A DNA stretch of 54,115 bases from Candidatus Zixiibacteriota bacterium (GCA_020344395.1 CP070824.1:1836072-1890186), one strand, 5' to 3'; counted from the first letter of the stretch, positions 9,892-20,172 are shown. The notes: generated by a model not told the origin, from the letters alone. Made by a program: numbers and translations.

Positions 9892-12453
9892 TTGGCTGAA
9901 GCAGTGACTAAGAAAGCACCTTCGAACAAGGCTACAGTCACATTGACTATTGACGGTCGCTCCGTCACCGTGGATAAGGGAACGACTGTCCTGGAAGCGG
10001 CGCGCAGCCTCGGAATTCACGTTCCAACCTTCTGCTGGCACCCCAAGCTAAAGTCGGTCGGTTCCTGCCGCATGTGTTATGTCGAGATAGAGAAGATGCC
10101 TAAGCTGCAGGTATCATGCGCCACTGAGGCTATGGACGGCATGGTGGTGGCGACCGATTCCGATCTTGTGAAGCAGGGACGGCGCGCGGTCATCGAGTTT
10201 ATCCTGATGAATCACCCTCTCGACTGTCCTACCTGCGATCAGGGTGGTGAATGCCAGTTGCAGGACCTGACCTTCGCCCACGCGATTGACGATAGCCGGT
10301 TCGCGTTCCAGAAAGAGCGTTTTGTCGAGGATGGCTCGGTCAGCACGTTTGATGATGTTCAAATCGGCCCGGAAATCATGCTCAACCGCAACCGGTGCAT
10401 ACAATGCTACAAGTGCGTGCGGGCCAACAAGGAAGCGTTCGGCGAATTCGATCTGGGTGCGTTCGAACGCGGGAATATTACCGAGATCAACGCTGCGCCC
10501 GGCCGGCAGGTAGACAACCCGTTCTCAGGAAATCTGGCCGAGATCTGTCCGGTCGGCGCTCTCACCGGTATGGACTGGAGATACAAGATTCGTGTCTGGC
10601 TGACCAAGACGGTCTCGTCAATATGTCCTTTCACTGCCTCAGGTGTGAACACCCTGATGTATATGGATGAAACCAAGAACAGGATTTACCGTACGACCAG
10701 CCGTCGCAATGATGAGATTGACGACGGATGGCTGTCCAATGTCAGCCGATACGCCTATCAAGTTGTGCACGCGGATGACCGGCTCCTGACCCCGTTCATC
10801 AGGAGAGATGGCAAGCAGGTTGAGGCTACCTGGGACGAGGCGCTGGACCTGATTGCAAAGCGCCTTAGCGACATACAGGACCAGAAGGGCTGCGTGTGCA
10901 TAGGCGGTCTGGTGAGCCCTCGCCTTGATAACGCGACGCTCTATGGCTTTAACAAACTGATGCGTCACGTAATTGGAACCAATAACGTGGATTATCGGAC
11001 AGAGTACCGCATGCTCCCTCAGACCCCGGAGGATCACTATCAGGCGGCATGTTCGCAACCGATCCGGATATCCGACGTCGACGACTCGGACGTGATTGTT
11101 GTTTTTGGCTCTGATATGCTCAAGGAGCATCCCAATCTGTATCTTCGTATTCGCAAGGCATTCAACTTTGGTGCGGCAAGGATTTTCATTCTCAATCCAT
11201 ATTCGACGAAGGCGTCCGATGTTGCCGAACTGGAGATGGTCTATCATGCGGGTATGGATGAAGTTGCCCTGGGAGCCGTCTGCCTGACCGCAGTTGAGAA
11301 GGGCATAGTGTCATCGGATGAGACTGACCGACTGAGGGAGGCAATCGCTTTCGATTCTGCCTCGGCCGCCGCACTCGCGTGTGGTCTGGAGCCCGATCAT
11401 CTGGAATTGATGGCCAGGGCCATGGCCGAGGCGCGGAAGGTGACTTTCCTGGCCGGCGAGATCATCAGCCGCTCGAGGGAGCGTGAGCCTATTGCCGCGG
11501 CGATCTGTAATCTCAACCGCCTGTTTTCCATCAACACGAAGGGTCAGTTTGGAATACTGCCAGGCCACTCCAACTCTCGGGGAGCGCACCACCTCGGCCT
11601 GGCGCCCGATCCGCCAGCTTCAATCAAGGCCAAGCTACGCAGTCTGTGGGGTCAGTATCCTGACACCGAGACCAACACTACCGATTCCATGATGGTTCAA
11701 ATGCGTAAAGAAGAGATAGATGGTCTGATCATCATGGGTGCCAATCCGGTGATGCTCTATCCGGATCGTGCCTTTGCCCGGGAGAGTTTAGAGAAGCTCG
11801 ACTTTCTCGTTGTTTCTGACCTTTTTGAGACTGAGACCACGGAACTGGCCGACGTTGTATTGCCGCTGAGCAGCTGGGCCGAGTATACCGGTGATTATGT
11901 GAACCTGGAAGGCAGGGTTCAGACAGCCTCTAAGGCGATACATCCGATCGGCGATTCGAGGCCGGGTTATGCTATTGTGGAGGCGATCGCCGACAGACTG
12001 GAAAACACGTTGTACACTGCTGAAGATTACAGACGTGATGAGATTGACACCATGCTCGAGGTTGATACTGCCTGTCCCGTACCGAATTTGTATGTGCCGT
12101 CAAAGGGCGGTCAGGATGAGGATGACGCTGAGTACCCGATTGCTTTGATGATCGGGGATGATCCGCATCACCGCGGCCATTACACTGAAAAGTCGGCTTC
12201 GCTGACCAGCCACGTGGGCGAAGCGTACCTTGAGCTCTCGCCGGACCTGGCGGCCGGGCACGAAATAAAGGAAGGTGATTCCGTCAGGATCGAATCCCCG
12301 GTGGGCAAGGTGGTGTTACCGGCCAGAATATCCGAGCATATCAGGAATGATATCGTGTTTGTCCCCCGGAATTTCCCTTCTGCTCCGGTAACGTCTCTGC
12401 TGATGCGTAAACGAAGGATCGACCGGGTTAGAATCAGTAAGGTGGTGAGGTAG
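9892..12453 (+). CDS. nuoG: NADH:quinone oxidoreductase subunit G (long form with molybdopterin-oxidoreductase-like domain)
   Basis: 853 aa. N-terminal 2Fe-2S (CWHPKLKSVGSCRMCYVEI), His-ligated cluster (HPLDCPTCDQGGECQLQ), CIQCYKCVRA, then a large MopB-like domain. Apparent TTG start, because an in-frame stop sits at 9886-9888. Confidence 0.9.
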   Translation: MAEAVTKKAPSNKATVTLTIDGRSVTVDKGTTVLEAARSLGIHVPTFCWHPKLKSVGSCRMCYVEIEKMPKLQVSCATEAMDGMVVATDSDLVKQGRRAVIEFILMNHPLDCPTCDQGGECQLQDLTFAHAIDDSRFAFQKERFVEDGSVSTFDDVQIGPEIMLNRNRCIQCYKCVRANKEAFGEFDLGAFERGNITEINAAPGRQVDNPFSGNLAEICPVGALTGMDWRYKIRVWLTKTVSSICPFTASGVNTLMYMDETKNRIYRTTSRRNDEIDDGWLSNVSRYAYQVVHADDRLLTPFIRRDGKQVEATWDEALDLIAKRLSDIQDQKGCVCIGGLVSPRLDNATLYGFNKLMRHVIGTNNVDYRTEYRMLPQTPEDHYQAACSQPIRISDVDDSDVIVVFGSDMLKEHPNLYLRIRKAFNFGAARIFILNPYSTKASDVAELEMVYHAGMDEVALGAVCLTAVEKGIVSSDETDRLREAIAFDSASAAALACGLEPDHLELMARAMAEARKVTFLAGEIISRSREREPIAAAICNLNRLFSINTKGQFGILPGHSNSRGAHHLGLAPDPPASIKAKLRSLWGQYPDTETNTTDSMMVQMRKEEIDGLIIMGANPVMLYPDRAFARESLEKLDFLVVSDLFETETTELADVVLPLSSWAEYTGDYVNLEGRVQTASKAIHPIGDSRPGYAIVEAIADRLENTLYTAEDYRRDEIDTMLEVDTACPVPNLYVPSKGGQDEDDAEYPIALMIGDDPHHRGHYTEKSASLTSHVGEAYLELSPDLAAGHEIKEGDSVRIESPVGKVVLPARISEHIRNDIVFVPRNFPSAPVTSLLMRKRRIDRVRISKVVR

Positions 12454-12458
12454 ACACG

Positions 12459-13469
12459 ATGCTTGAGATGATCATTTCATCATCCGTCCAGGTCGTGGTG
12501 GTGATCCTTGTGGTTCTGTTCGGGTGCGCCTATTCCACCTGGCTTGAGCGCAAAGTGCTGGGGCACCTGCAGCACAGAATGGGACCTACCTTTGCCGGCC
12601 CGTTCGGTCTGTTGCAGCCCGTATCGGATGGACTGAAGCTCATTTTCAAGGAGGATATCGTCCCGGACAGTGTGGAGCGCCTCACTTACACACTGGCGCC
12701 GATAGTCTCTTTCGTGCCGGCCTTACTTACTTTCGCCGTCATTCCGTACTCGGCTGAATTCAGTTTCTTCGGACTCGAATTCAAGGGTGTCATATCGGAT
12801 CTGAATATCGGCGTTCTCTGGGTGTTTGCAGTGACGTCTCTGGGCGTGTACGGCATAATTCTGGCCGGATGGTCGTCCGGATCAAAGTACTCTCTTATGG
12901 GCGGGCTGAGATCTTCGGCGCAGATGATTTCCTACGAGCTAAGCTACGGGCTCTCGATCGTGGGTGTTATCATTTTCGCCAACACCTTTTCAATGACGGA
13001 ACTCGTTGCGAAGCAGGCCAGCGACTCGATCCTGTTTTTCGAGAACTGGTACATCCTGAAACAGCCACTGGGTTTTCTGCTATACCTGACCTGTGCTATC
13101 GCCGAGACAAACCGTGCCCCGTTCGATCTGCCGGAAGCGGAGTCGGAGCTCGTAGGTGGCTATCATACCGAGTACTCGTCGATGCGTTTTTCGACATTCT
13201 TCATCGGAGAGTATGCCAACATGCTGGCTGTTGCCTGTGTCGGTGCCACGATATTTCTTGGCGGCTGGAACGGCCCGTTCTTTCTGTCCTTTGTGCCGGC
13301 GGTGGTGTGGTTTTTGATCAAAGTGTTCCTGTTCATGTTCTTCTATATCTGGCTGCGCGCGACTTTCCCGCGTTTCCGCTACGATCAACTGATGAGATTC
13401 GGCTGGCTGGTGTTGTTCCCGCTGGCCATATTGAATATTCTGGTGACCGGCCTGTTTGTATTGTTATGA
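12459..13469 (+). CDS. nuoH: NADH:quinone oxidoreductase subunit H
   Basis: 336 aa with 8 TM helices and the conserved PFDLPEAESELVGGYHTEYS motif. Confidence 0.93.
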   Translation: MLEMIISSSVQVVVVILVVLFGCAYSTWLERKVLGHLQHRMGPTFAGPFGLLQPVSDGLKLIFKEDIVPDSVERLTYTLAPIVSFVPALLTFAVIPYSAEFSFFGLEFKGVISDLNIGVLWVFAVTSLGVYGIILAGWSSGSKYSLMGGLRSSAQMISYELSYGLSIVGVIIFANTFSMTELVAKQASDSILFFENWYILKQPLGFLLYLTCAIAETNRAPFDLPEAESELVGGYHTEYSSMRFSTFFIGEYANMLAVACVGATIFLGGWNGPFFLSFVPAVVWFLIKVFLFMFFYIWLRATFPRFRYDQLMRFGWLVLFPLAILNILVTGLFVLL

Positions 13470-13491
13470 ACGTAAGAAGAGATCTGACCCC

Positions 13492-13998
13492 ATGAATGTA
13501 GTCCTCAGAGCCATAGGGAATGTCTTCTGGAGCATGCCGAAGGGTCTGGCTGTTACGTTCAAACATCTGTTCAAGAAACCGGTGACGCTGGACTATCCGC
13601 ACCAGAAGAAGCCGATGTCACCCCGTTATCGCGGGCTGCACTACCTTGAACGTTATGATGACGGGAGCGAGCGGTGCGTCTGTTGCGGATTGTGTGCGGC
13701 GGCCTGCCCGGCTGACTGCATATACATGGAGCCCGAGGAGAATGAGAAGGGGGAGCGCCGGGCCCGAATCTATGAAATCAACATGCTGCGATGCATCTTC
13801 TGCGGATATTGCGAGGAAGCCTGCCCCGAGGAAGCTATATTCCTGGGACGTGAATATGAGTTTTCGGATTATGACCGTGATTCCTTCATCTACACGAAGG
13901 TGCAGATGTTGGTTACCAGCCCGCGCAAGGACAATCCGTTCAAATGGATCATCCGCAAGGTGCGACGGGTATATGGAGTTCCGGAGCCCAGCCTATGA
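13492..13998 (+). CDS. nuoI: NADH:quinone oxidoreductase subunit I (2x[4Fe-4S])
   Basis: CVCCGLCAAACP and CIFCGYCEEACP motifs. ATG 13492 is preferred over the ORF-track start at 13456, which lies inside nuoH. Confidence 0.9.
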   Translation: MNVVLRAIGNVFWSMPKGLAVTFKHLFKKPVTLDYPHQKKPMSPRYRGLHYLERYDDGSERCVCCGLCAAACPADCIYMEPEENEKGERRARIYEINMLRCIFCGYCEEACPEEAIFLGREYEFSDYDRDSFIYTKVQMLVTSPRKDNPFKWIIRKVRRVYGVPEPSL

Positions 13999-14582
13999 CC
14001 GTTGATACTGTCATATTCTTCATTTCGGCGGCTGTGGCCGCCTTCGGTGCCACCATGATGATAGCACAGCGCAACCCGGTTGCTTCTGTTCTGTACATGA
14101 TTCTCTCGCTGGTGGCGCAGGCTGTGTGTTACGTGCAACTGGGCGCTCTGTTCATCGGTGCGGTACTGGTGATCGTGTATGCCGGAGCCATCATGGTCCT
14201 GTTCTTGTTTGTCATAATGCTTCTCAATCTGCGAGGTAGCGAGGATCTGGGAGGGCCGTCGACGCCGGTCAGCCTGACGACCAAACTGCTGGTGCCCGTC
14301 CTTCTGGTAGCGGAACTTGTGTTCATCGTTCGGAGTGCCTTCACCGAGGCGGCCTCGACCGGTATTATGGCGGCTCCTGAAGCGGGGTTCGGTGAGGTGG
14401 CGTCGGTGGCCAGGTTGCTGCTTACGCGCTATCTGTATCCGTTTGAACTGACCGGAATCCTTCTGCTGGTCGCCATTGTGGGTGCGGTCGTGATGGCGCG
14501 GCGGGAGAGAGGCGATGAAGCCGGCGGGACCGGGGTCGGTGTGTCAGCGTCCGATCGGACGCCGACGGGGGGATCTGATTAG
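13995..14582 (+). CDS. nuoJ: NADH:quinone oxidoreductase subunit J
   Basis: Starts MTVDTVIFFISAAVAAFGA. ATG 13995 overlaps the nuoI stop (ATGA). Five TM helices plus a roughly 25-aa charged/Gly-rich C-terminal extension. Confidence 0.85.
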   Translation: MTVDTVIFFISAAVAAFGATMMIAQRNPVASVLYMILSLVAQAVCYVQLGALFIGAVLVIVYAGAIMVLFLFVIMLLNLRGSEDLGGPSTPVSLTTKLLVPVLLVAELVFIVRSAFTEAASTGIMAAPEAGFGEVASVARLLLTRYLYPFELTGILLLVAIVGAVVMARRERGDEAGGTGVGVSASDRTPTGGSD

Positions 14583-14885
14583 ATGGTACCAATTTCTGCA
14601 TATCTGATTCTGGCTGCCGTACTGTTCGGCATAGGTTCCGTGGGCGTACTGGTGTCCCGGAATATGATAATCATGTTTATGTCCGTAGAACTGATGCTCA
14701 ACGCCGCTAACATGGCCCTGGTGGCGTTCTCGCGAGCCCTCAACCTTATGGATGGGCATGTAATAGTCTTTCTGGTTTTGACAATCGCCGCAGCCGAGGC
14801 CGCGGTAGGACTGGCCCTGATAGTGGCTCTGTTCCGCAACAGAGAGAGCGTCGACATCGACCGCTTTAACCTGATGAAATGGTAG
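14583..14885 (+). CDS. nuoK: NADH:quinone oxidoreductase subunit K
   Basis: 100 aa with three TM helices and a conserved membrane Glu ([11 protein letters not shown]). Starts immediately after the nuoJ stop. Confidence 0.9.
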   Translation: MVPISAYLILAAVLFGIGSVGVLVSRNMIIMFMSVELMLNAANMALVAFSRALNLMDGHVIVFLVLTIAAAEAAVGLALIVALFRNRESVDIDRFNLMKW

Positions 14886-14892
14886 ACCGGTA

Positions 14893-16827
14893 ATGGCAAG
14901 TGACATCTATTTGATTCCCCTCCTTCCGCTGATCGGATTCCTCATCAATGGACTCCTGATCGGTCGCCTGTCTCGGCCGCTGGTTACCATCATCGGGTGC
15001 GGATCAGTGGGCCTGTCACTGGTGTTGTCGATCCAGGCCTTTCTGCATTTGCGGTCGCTGCCGTCTGCTGAGCGAGTGGTGGAGCAGGTGCTGTTCACGT
15101 GGATTCCGTCGGGGAGCCTGCATGTCGATATGGCCTTCCTGCTTGACCCGTTATCTGCCGTTATGATTCTTGTGGTTACGGGCGTCGGTTTTCTGATCCA
15201 CGTATATTCGGTCGGTTACATGCATCATGATCCGGGCTATGGGCGCTATTTTGCCTACTTGAACCTGTTCACATTTTCGATGCTCACCCTGGTGCTGGCG
15301 AATAATTTCCTTCTCATGTTCGTGGGTTGGGAAGGCGTCGGGCTCTGTTCCTATTTGTTGATTGGTTTCTGGTTTGAAAGGAAGTCCGCCTCCGACGCCG
15401 GTAAGAAAGCGTTTATCGTCAACCGGATCGGTGATTTCGGCTTTCTGATCGGCATGTTCATTATCTTCTGGCAGGTTGGCTCGTTGAATTTTCTGACGGT
15501 TTCGGAAAATGCACCTCACGTGTTTGCAATGGGCGGCGGGTTGATAACCGCAACCTGTCTTCTGCTTTTCGTCGGCGCGGCCGGCAAATCTGCTCAGATT
15601 CCTCTCTACGTATGGTTGCCGGACGCCATGGAAGGCCCCACGCCTGTTTCGGCGCTCATTCACGCTGCCACGATGGTTACGGCCGGCGTTTATATGATCG
15701 CCCGCACTAACGCGCTTTACATAATGGCTCCGGATGCGTTGATGGTTGTTGCAATCGTCGGGGCTGTTACTGCCTTCTATGCGGCCACTATCGGGCTTGC
15801 TCAGAATGACATCAAGCGGGTTCTGGCTTATTCGACGGTCAGCCAGCTCGGGTACATGTTCCTGGCCTGCGGTGTGGCTGCCTTTACGGCCGGTATTTTC
15901 CATCTTATGACTCACGCCTTCTTCAAGGCCCTGCTCTTTCTCGGTGCCGGATCGGTGATTCACGCCATGTCAGACGAACAGGATATGCGGCAGATGGGCG
16001 GGCTGAAGAAGTACCTGCCGATTACGTTCGGCACCATGATGATCGCGACCCTGGCCATCTCGGGTATTCCCGGACTTTCCGGGTTCTTTTCGAAAGATGA
16101 GATCTTGTGGAAGGCATTTTCGTCGGATCACGGTCACTGGCTTCTCTGGGTCCTGGCGGTGGTAACGGCGGCCCTGACGGCCTTTTACATGTTCAGGCTG
16201 ATATACCTTACCTTCTACGGCCGTGAACGCATGTCCGATGAAGTGCGTTCGCATCTGCACGAGTCGCCACGGTCGATGACGGTACCGCTGGTGGTGCTGG
16301 GAGTCCTCTCGGTGATAGGCGGGTTTGTCGGCATGCCGCATATCTTCGGTGTGGCCAATCATTTTGAGGAGTGGATGGCGCCCGTGGTTGCCACGCACGG
16401 GGCAATAGCGGAGCATGCGCTGGCCTCCGGTCCGGGCTCCGCCGCGATGGAGTGGTTGTTGATGGCTGTCTCGGTTGTTCTTGTGGTCTTCTCGATTTAC
16501 ATGGCTTTTCGCGTTTACAACAGAAAGATCGAGACGGCTACGGCTCTGCGGCAGCGCTTTGCACTGATGCACAGGGTTTTGCTGAATAAATACTACGTTG
16601 ATGAAATCTATGGTGCTGTCATTGTCCGACCGGTTGTCTACGGCTCGCTCTTTCTCTGGAAATTCGTCGACGTAATTGTCATTGACGGTCTGGTGAACGG
16701 TATTGCGAGGGTCGGCCGCGATGCCTCGGATCTGTTGAGATACAGTCAGTCGGGAAGGGTCAGGAATTATGCCGCGATATTTCTGGCCGGAGTAGTAATC
16801 TTGCTGGCATGGTTCGTATTCGGGTAA
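14893..16827 (+). CDS. nuoL: NADH:quinone oxidoreductase subunit L (antiporter-like)
   Basis: 644 aa. WLPDAMEGPTPVSALIHAATMV motif, with a long C-terminal lateral helix and TM anchor. Confidence 0.93.
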   Translation: MASDIYLIPLLPLIGFLINGLLIGRLSRPLVTIIGCGSVGLSLVLSIQAFLHLRSLPSAERVVEQVLFTWIPSGSLHVDMAFLLDPLSAVMILVVTGVGFLIHVYSVGYMHHDPGYGRYFAYLNLFTFSMLTLVLANNFLLMFVGWEGVGLCSYLLIGFWFERKSASDAGKKAFIVNRIGDFGFLIGMFIIFWQVGSLNFLTVSENAPHVFAMGGGLITATCLLLFVGAAGKSAQIPLYVWLPDAMEGPTPVSALIHAATMVTAGVYMIARTNALYIMAPDALMVVAIVGAVTAFYAATIGLAQNDIKRVLAYSTVSQLGYMFLACGVAAFTAGIFHLMTHAFFKALLFLGAGSVIHAMSDEQDMRQMGGLKKYLPITFGTMMIATLAISGIPGLSGFFSKDEILWKAFSSDHGHWLLWVLAVVTAALTAFYMFRLIYLTFYGRERMSDEVRSHLHESPRSMTVPLVVLGVLSVIGGFVGMPHIFGVANHFEEWMAPVVATHGAIAEHALASGPGSAAMEWLLMAVSVVLVVFSIYMAFRVYNRKIETATALRQRFALMHRVLLNKYYVDEIYGAVIVRPVVYGSLFLWKFVDVIVIDGLVNGIARVGRDASDLLRYSQSGRVRNYAAIFLAGVVILLAWFVFG

Positions 16828-16830
16828 GAG

Positions 16831-18420
16831 ATGGAACATTTGATTCTGCCATTGGTGATATTCTTCCCGAGCATTGGTGCTTTGCTTCTGCTTCTGGTTC
16901 CGGAACGACAGGCGGATACGATCCGGGGAGTATCCCTTATCGTTTCCTTCGTTACAATGCTGCTGTCGTTCGCTGTGTACTACTGGTTTGATCCGGTCGC
17001 GTCCGGCATGCAGTTTGAGTTGAATCAATTGTGGATAGCATCAGTGGGCATAAACTTCCATCTCGGTATTGACGGCATATCATTGTTGTTGATAGTGTTG
17101 ACTACGATCCTGACCGTGCTCTGCATCCTGTCATCCTGGAGATCGGTTACCAAGGGCGTCAAGGGTTTCCATATTTCCATGCTGGTTCTGGCCACCGGCA
17201 TGATCGGCGTGTTCTGTGCCCTCGATCTGTTCCTGTTCTATATATTCTGGGAAGTAATGCTGATCCCCATGTACTTCATCATCGGCATCTGGGGTGGCCC
17301 GCGGAAAATCTATGCGGCCATCAAGTTCGTGCTGTTCACCATGATCGGTTCGCTGCTGATGCTGGTTGCACTGATCTACATCTATTTCGAGTTCCACAGC
17401 CTGACCGGGGAATACAGTTTCGACCTTCTTCAGATCATGTCGATGCAGGTGCCTTACCAGGCGCAGCTCTGGCTGTTTGCTGCCTTTGCCCTGGCCTTCG
17501 CCATCAAGGTTCCGCTCTTTCCGTTTCACACATGGCTGCCGGACGCACACGTCGAGGCTCCGACGGCTGGTTCCGTCATTCTGGCCGGTGTCCTCCTGAA
17601 GATGGGAACGTACGGCTTTATTCGAATTTGTATGCCGCTGTTCCCCGAAGCCACGATTGCCTACCTGCCGTATATCTGTATTCTGTCGATCATTGCGATC
17701 ATTTACGGTGCGTTGGTTTCGATGGTGCAAAAGGACATCAAGTCGCTGGTAGCGTTTTCGTCGGTGTCACACATGGGTTTCGTCATGCTCGGTCTCTTCG
17801 CGCTGAACCAGAACGGCGTCGAAGGCTCGGTTATGCAGATGATAAACCATGGTGTTTCCACGGGCGCGCTGTTCCTTCTGGTCGGGATGATTTACGAGAG
17901 ACGCCATACTCGCATGATCGCTGATTTCGGGGGACTGGCCAAGGTGATGCCGGCATTCTCGGTTTTCTTTATGATTGTCACCCTGTCGTCAATCGGTCTG
18001 CCTTTAACTAACGGGTTTGTCGGGGAGTTCTTGATCCTGCTGGGGGCGTTCAAGGCCAACGTGGTTTACGGTATAGTCGCGGCCAGCGGCGTGATTCTGG
18101 CGGCGTGCTATATGTTGTGGATGTATCAGCGGGTGGTGTTCGGCAAGGTGACCAATGCGCAGAATGAAAAGCTGTCTGACCTCTCGCCACGTGAAAAGCT
18201 TATCCTGGTACCCATTGTTGTTCTGATCTTCTGGATCGGTATCTACCCAAAGCCGTTCTTTGAGAGAATCGAACCGGCAGTCAAGGACGTGCTGACGAAG
18301 ATAAACGGGGCCCGTCTTTCGTCCGCTGATGATGGGCAGGATGCCGCTCAAATGTTCATTGATGAGAGTAAAGAGATTAGTACTGTTGTGATAGATGAAG
18401 GAGTGACCGCGGATGAGTGA
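16831..18420 (+). CDS. nuoM: NADH:quinone oxidoreductase subunit M (antiporter-like)
   Basis: 529 aa. HTWLPDAHVEAPTAGSVILAGVLLK motif. Acidic C-terminal tail of about 40 aa. Confidence 0.93.
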   Translation: MEHLILPLVIFFPSIGALLLLLVPERQADTIRGVSLIVSFVTMLLSFAVYYWFDPVASGMQFELNQLWIASVGINFHLGIDGISLLLIVLTTILTVLCILSSWRSVTKGVKGFHISMLVLATGMIGVFCALDLFLFYIFWEVMLIPMYFIIGIWGGPRKIYAAIKFVLFTMIGSLLMLVALIYIYFEFHSLTGEYSFDLLQIMSMQVPYQAQLWLFAAFALAFAIKVPLFPFHTWLPDAHVEAPTAGSVILAGVLLKMGTYGFIRICMPLFPEATIAYLPYICILSIIAIIYGALVSMVQKDIKSLVAFSSVSHMGFVMLGLFALNQNGVEGSVMQMINHGVSTGALFLLVGMIYERRHTRMIADFGGLAKVMPAFSVFFMIVTLSSIGLPLTNGFVGEFLILLGAFKANVVYGIVAASGVILAACYMLWMYQRVVFGKVTNAQNEKLSDLSPREKLILVPIVVLIFWIGIYPKPFFERIEPAVKDVLTKINGARLSSADDGQDAAQMFIDESKEISTVVIDEGVTADE

Positions 18421-18625
18421 TGTGACAATCTACACCAAAGAAGGGTGTCCATACTGCGCCGACGCGAAAAAACATTACACCGAGAAGGGTATTGCCTTCA
18501 CCGAGATTGACGTCCACAAGACGCCGGGAGCGATTGCCAAGGCCAAGGAGTTGTCCAAGGGCAAGTCCATGGTCCCGATTATAGTGGACGACGGTAAGGT
18601 GACCGTCGGTTTCGGCGGCGGCTGA
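18413..18625 (+). CDS. Glutaredoxin-like protein, YruB-type (CPYC active site)
   Basis: 70 aa. TKEGCPYCADAKK active site, cis-Pro context SMVPIIV, and GFGGG end. ATG overlaps the nuoM stop by 8 nt. Confidence 0.8.
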   Translation: MSDVTIYTKEGCPYCADAKKHYTEKGIAFTEIDVHKTPGAIAKAKELSKGKSMVPIIVDDGKVTVGFGGG

Positions 18626-18639
18626 GGAATTTGACTAAT

Positions 18640-18656
18640 GGCGGCAGTTTGCCGCC
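18640..18656 (+). other. Intra-operon GC hairpin between the glutaredoxin-like gene and nuoN
   Basis: GGCGGCA-GTT-TGCCGCC: a perfect 7-bp stem with a 3-nt loop and no U-tract. Possibly an mRNA processing or stability element rather than a terminator. Confidence 0.3.
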
Positions 18657-18667
18657 GCGGATGATAT

Positions 18668-20122
18668 ATGGTTGACTACGTTTCATCATTGTCGATCGAT
18701 TTCAGTCTGATTTATCCCGAGATAACCCTCCTGTTGGGTGCCTCGCTGATTCTTCTGAGTGTTTTCTCCAGACAGCTGGGGGCGCTTGCTCCGGGTATAG
18801 GGGTGGTGACTCTTGTCCTGGCGCTCGGCTTCACGGCAGCGCAGTGGGGGGATCAGAAGGCCGGGTTTGCCGGCATGGTGACCTGTGACGACTTCGGCAC
18901 CATGTTCAAGGGGATCTTCACCGTGGCGTCTTTTCTGACACTTCTCATCGCCCACCGCTATATGAAGGTGAGAGGGATCGACAAGCCGGAGTTTTACGCG
19001 CTGATTCTCGTGTCGACGGTCGGCATGATGGTTATGGCTAACAGTACCGATCTGATCGTGATGTTTCTCGGTCTGGAAATTATGTCGATTCCACTTTACG
19101 TCATGGCGGGATTCAACCGCCGCTCCCTCGAGTCAAACGAGTCGGCCATCAAGTACTTCATCATGGGTGCCTTTGCCAGCGCCTTTCTATTGATGGGCAT
19201 CGCGTTTATCTTCGGTGCGGCTGAGACTACAAACCTTCGCAGGATCGCAGCTGACTTCAGCTATATTGCCGGTCATTTCGGAGTATATCTGTATGCGGGG
19301 ATAGCTCTTATTGTAGTTGGTTTTGGATTCAAAGTGGCCGCCGTGCCGTTTCATTCCTGGGTGCCGGATGTCTATCAGGGTGCCCCCACACCAGTCACGG
19401 CTTTCTTCTCGGTGGCGCCCAAAGCAGCCGGGTTTGCAGCTATGCTGCGGATTTTCGTCTACGGCATGGCCGGTGCGGACGCCTTAACAGAGCTGTTCTG
19501 GATTCTGGCTGTCCTGACAATGTCGGTGGGCAACATTCTGGCCCTGCGTCAGGATAATGTCAAGCGTATGCTGGCCTACTCCTCGATTTCGCATGCGGGG
19601 TACATCATCATCGCCCTGGTGGTGGGCGGCTCAGACGCCGTTTCAGCGGCGATATTCTATCTGGTTGCATATACACTGTTCAATCTGGGTGCCTTTGCGA
19701 TTGTGACGCACCTGGAATGTCGGAGCGGATGTAAATCTGATCTTCCGGAACTGTCCGGGCTGGCCGGAACCAACCCGTACCTGTCGGTCGCGCTGGGTCT
19801 GTTCATGTTTGCGCTGGCCGGGTTTCCGCCGACGGTCGGTTTCTTCGCCAAGTTCTATCTGTTTGCCGCGGCGGTAAAGGCGGGCTTTGTATCGCTGGTT
19901 GTGATTGCTGTTCTCAACTCGTTTGTGTCGGTTTACTATTATTTGCGAGTTGTCAAGGCGTGCTTCTTTGATTCGCCATCAGCAAAGCCACTCACGCCGA
20001 TCAGGATGGTTCCATCCATACTGATAGTGGTGATCGTTACGGCCGTCGGAACGTTAGGGTTGGGCTTCTTCCCGCAGCGTCTGCTTGAATTGTCGCAGGC
20101 GGCCATTTTTGCTTTCCTGTAG
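18668..20122 (+). CDS. nuoN: NADH:quinone oxidoreductase subunit N (antiporter-like)
   Basis: 484 aa. HSWVPDVYQGAPTPVTAFFS motif. Last gene of the operon. Confidence 0.9.
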   Translation: MVDYVSSLSIDFSLIYPEITLLLGASLILLSVFSRQLGALAPGIGVVTLVLALGFTAAQWGDQKAGFAGMVTCDDFGTMFKGIFTVASFLTLLIAHRYMKVRGIDKPEFYALILVSTVGMMVMANSTDLIVMFLGLEIMSIPLYVMAGFNRRSLESNESAIKYFIMGAFASAFLLMGIAFIFGAAETTNLRRIAADFSYIAGHFGVYLYAGIALIVVGFGFKVAAVPFHSWVPDVYQGAPTPVTAFFSVAPKAAGFAAMLRIFVYGMAGADALTELFWILAVLTMSVGNILALRQDNVKRMLAYSSISHAGYIIIALVVGGSDAVSAAIFYLVAYTLFNLGAFAIVTHLECRSGCKSDLPELSGLAGTNPYLSVALGLFMFALAGFPPTVGFFAKFYLFAAAVKAGFVSLVVIAVLNSFVSVYYYLRVVKACFFDSPSAKPLTPIRMVPSILIVVIVTAVGTLGLGFFPQRLLELSQAAIFAFL

Positions 20123-20150
20123 ACCATCACCTGATTTATTCCACAAGAAA

Positions 20151-20172
20151 GGCCCGCAGTCCGGCGCGGGCC
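20151..20172. terminator. Bidirectional hairpin terminator between convergent nuoN and the protease gene
   Basis: GGCCCGC (20151-57) pairs with GCGGGCC (20166-72). Flanked by AAGAAA on the left and TTAT on the right. Sits in the 78-bp convergent spacer. Confidence 0.6.

Noticed and set aside
12869-13495. 208-aa alternative-frame ORF within nuoH (and similar ORFs at 28487-29131 in the ClC gene and 36201-36686 in the Omp85/DUF4390 region)
   Set aside because: These are out-of-frame overlaps with confidently assigned genes and have Arg/Gly/Pro-rich low-complexity translations.
18631-18667. TTGACT hexamer before nuoN as a possible internal promoter
   Set aside because: No acceptable -10 hexamer lies at 16-19 nt spacing. 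The sequence is dominated by the GC hairpin.
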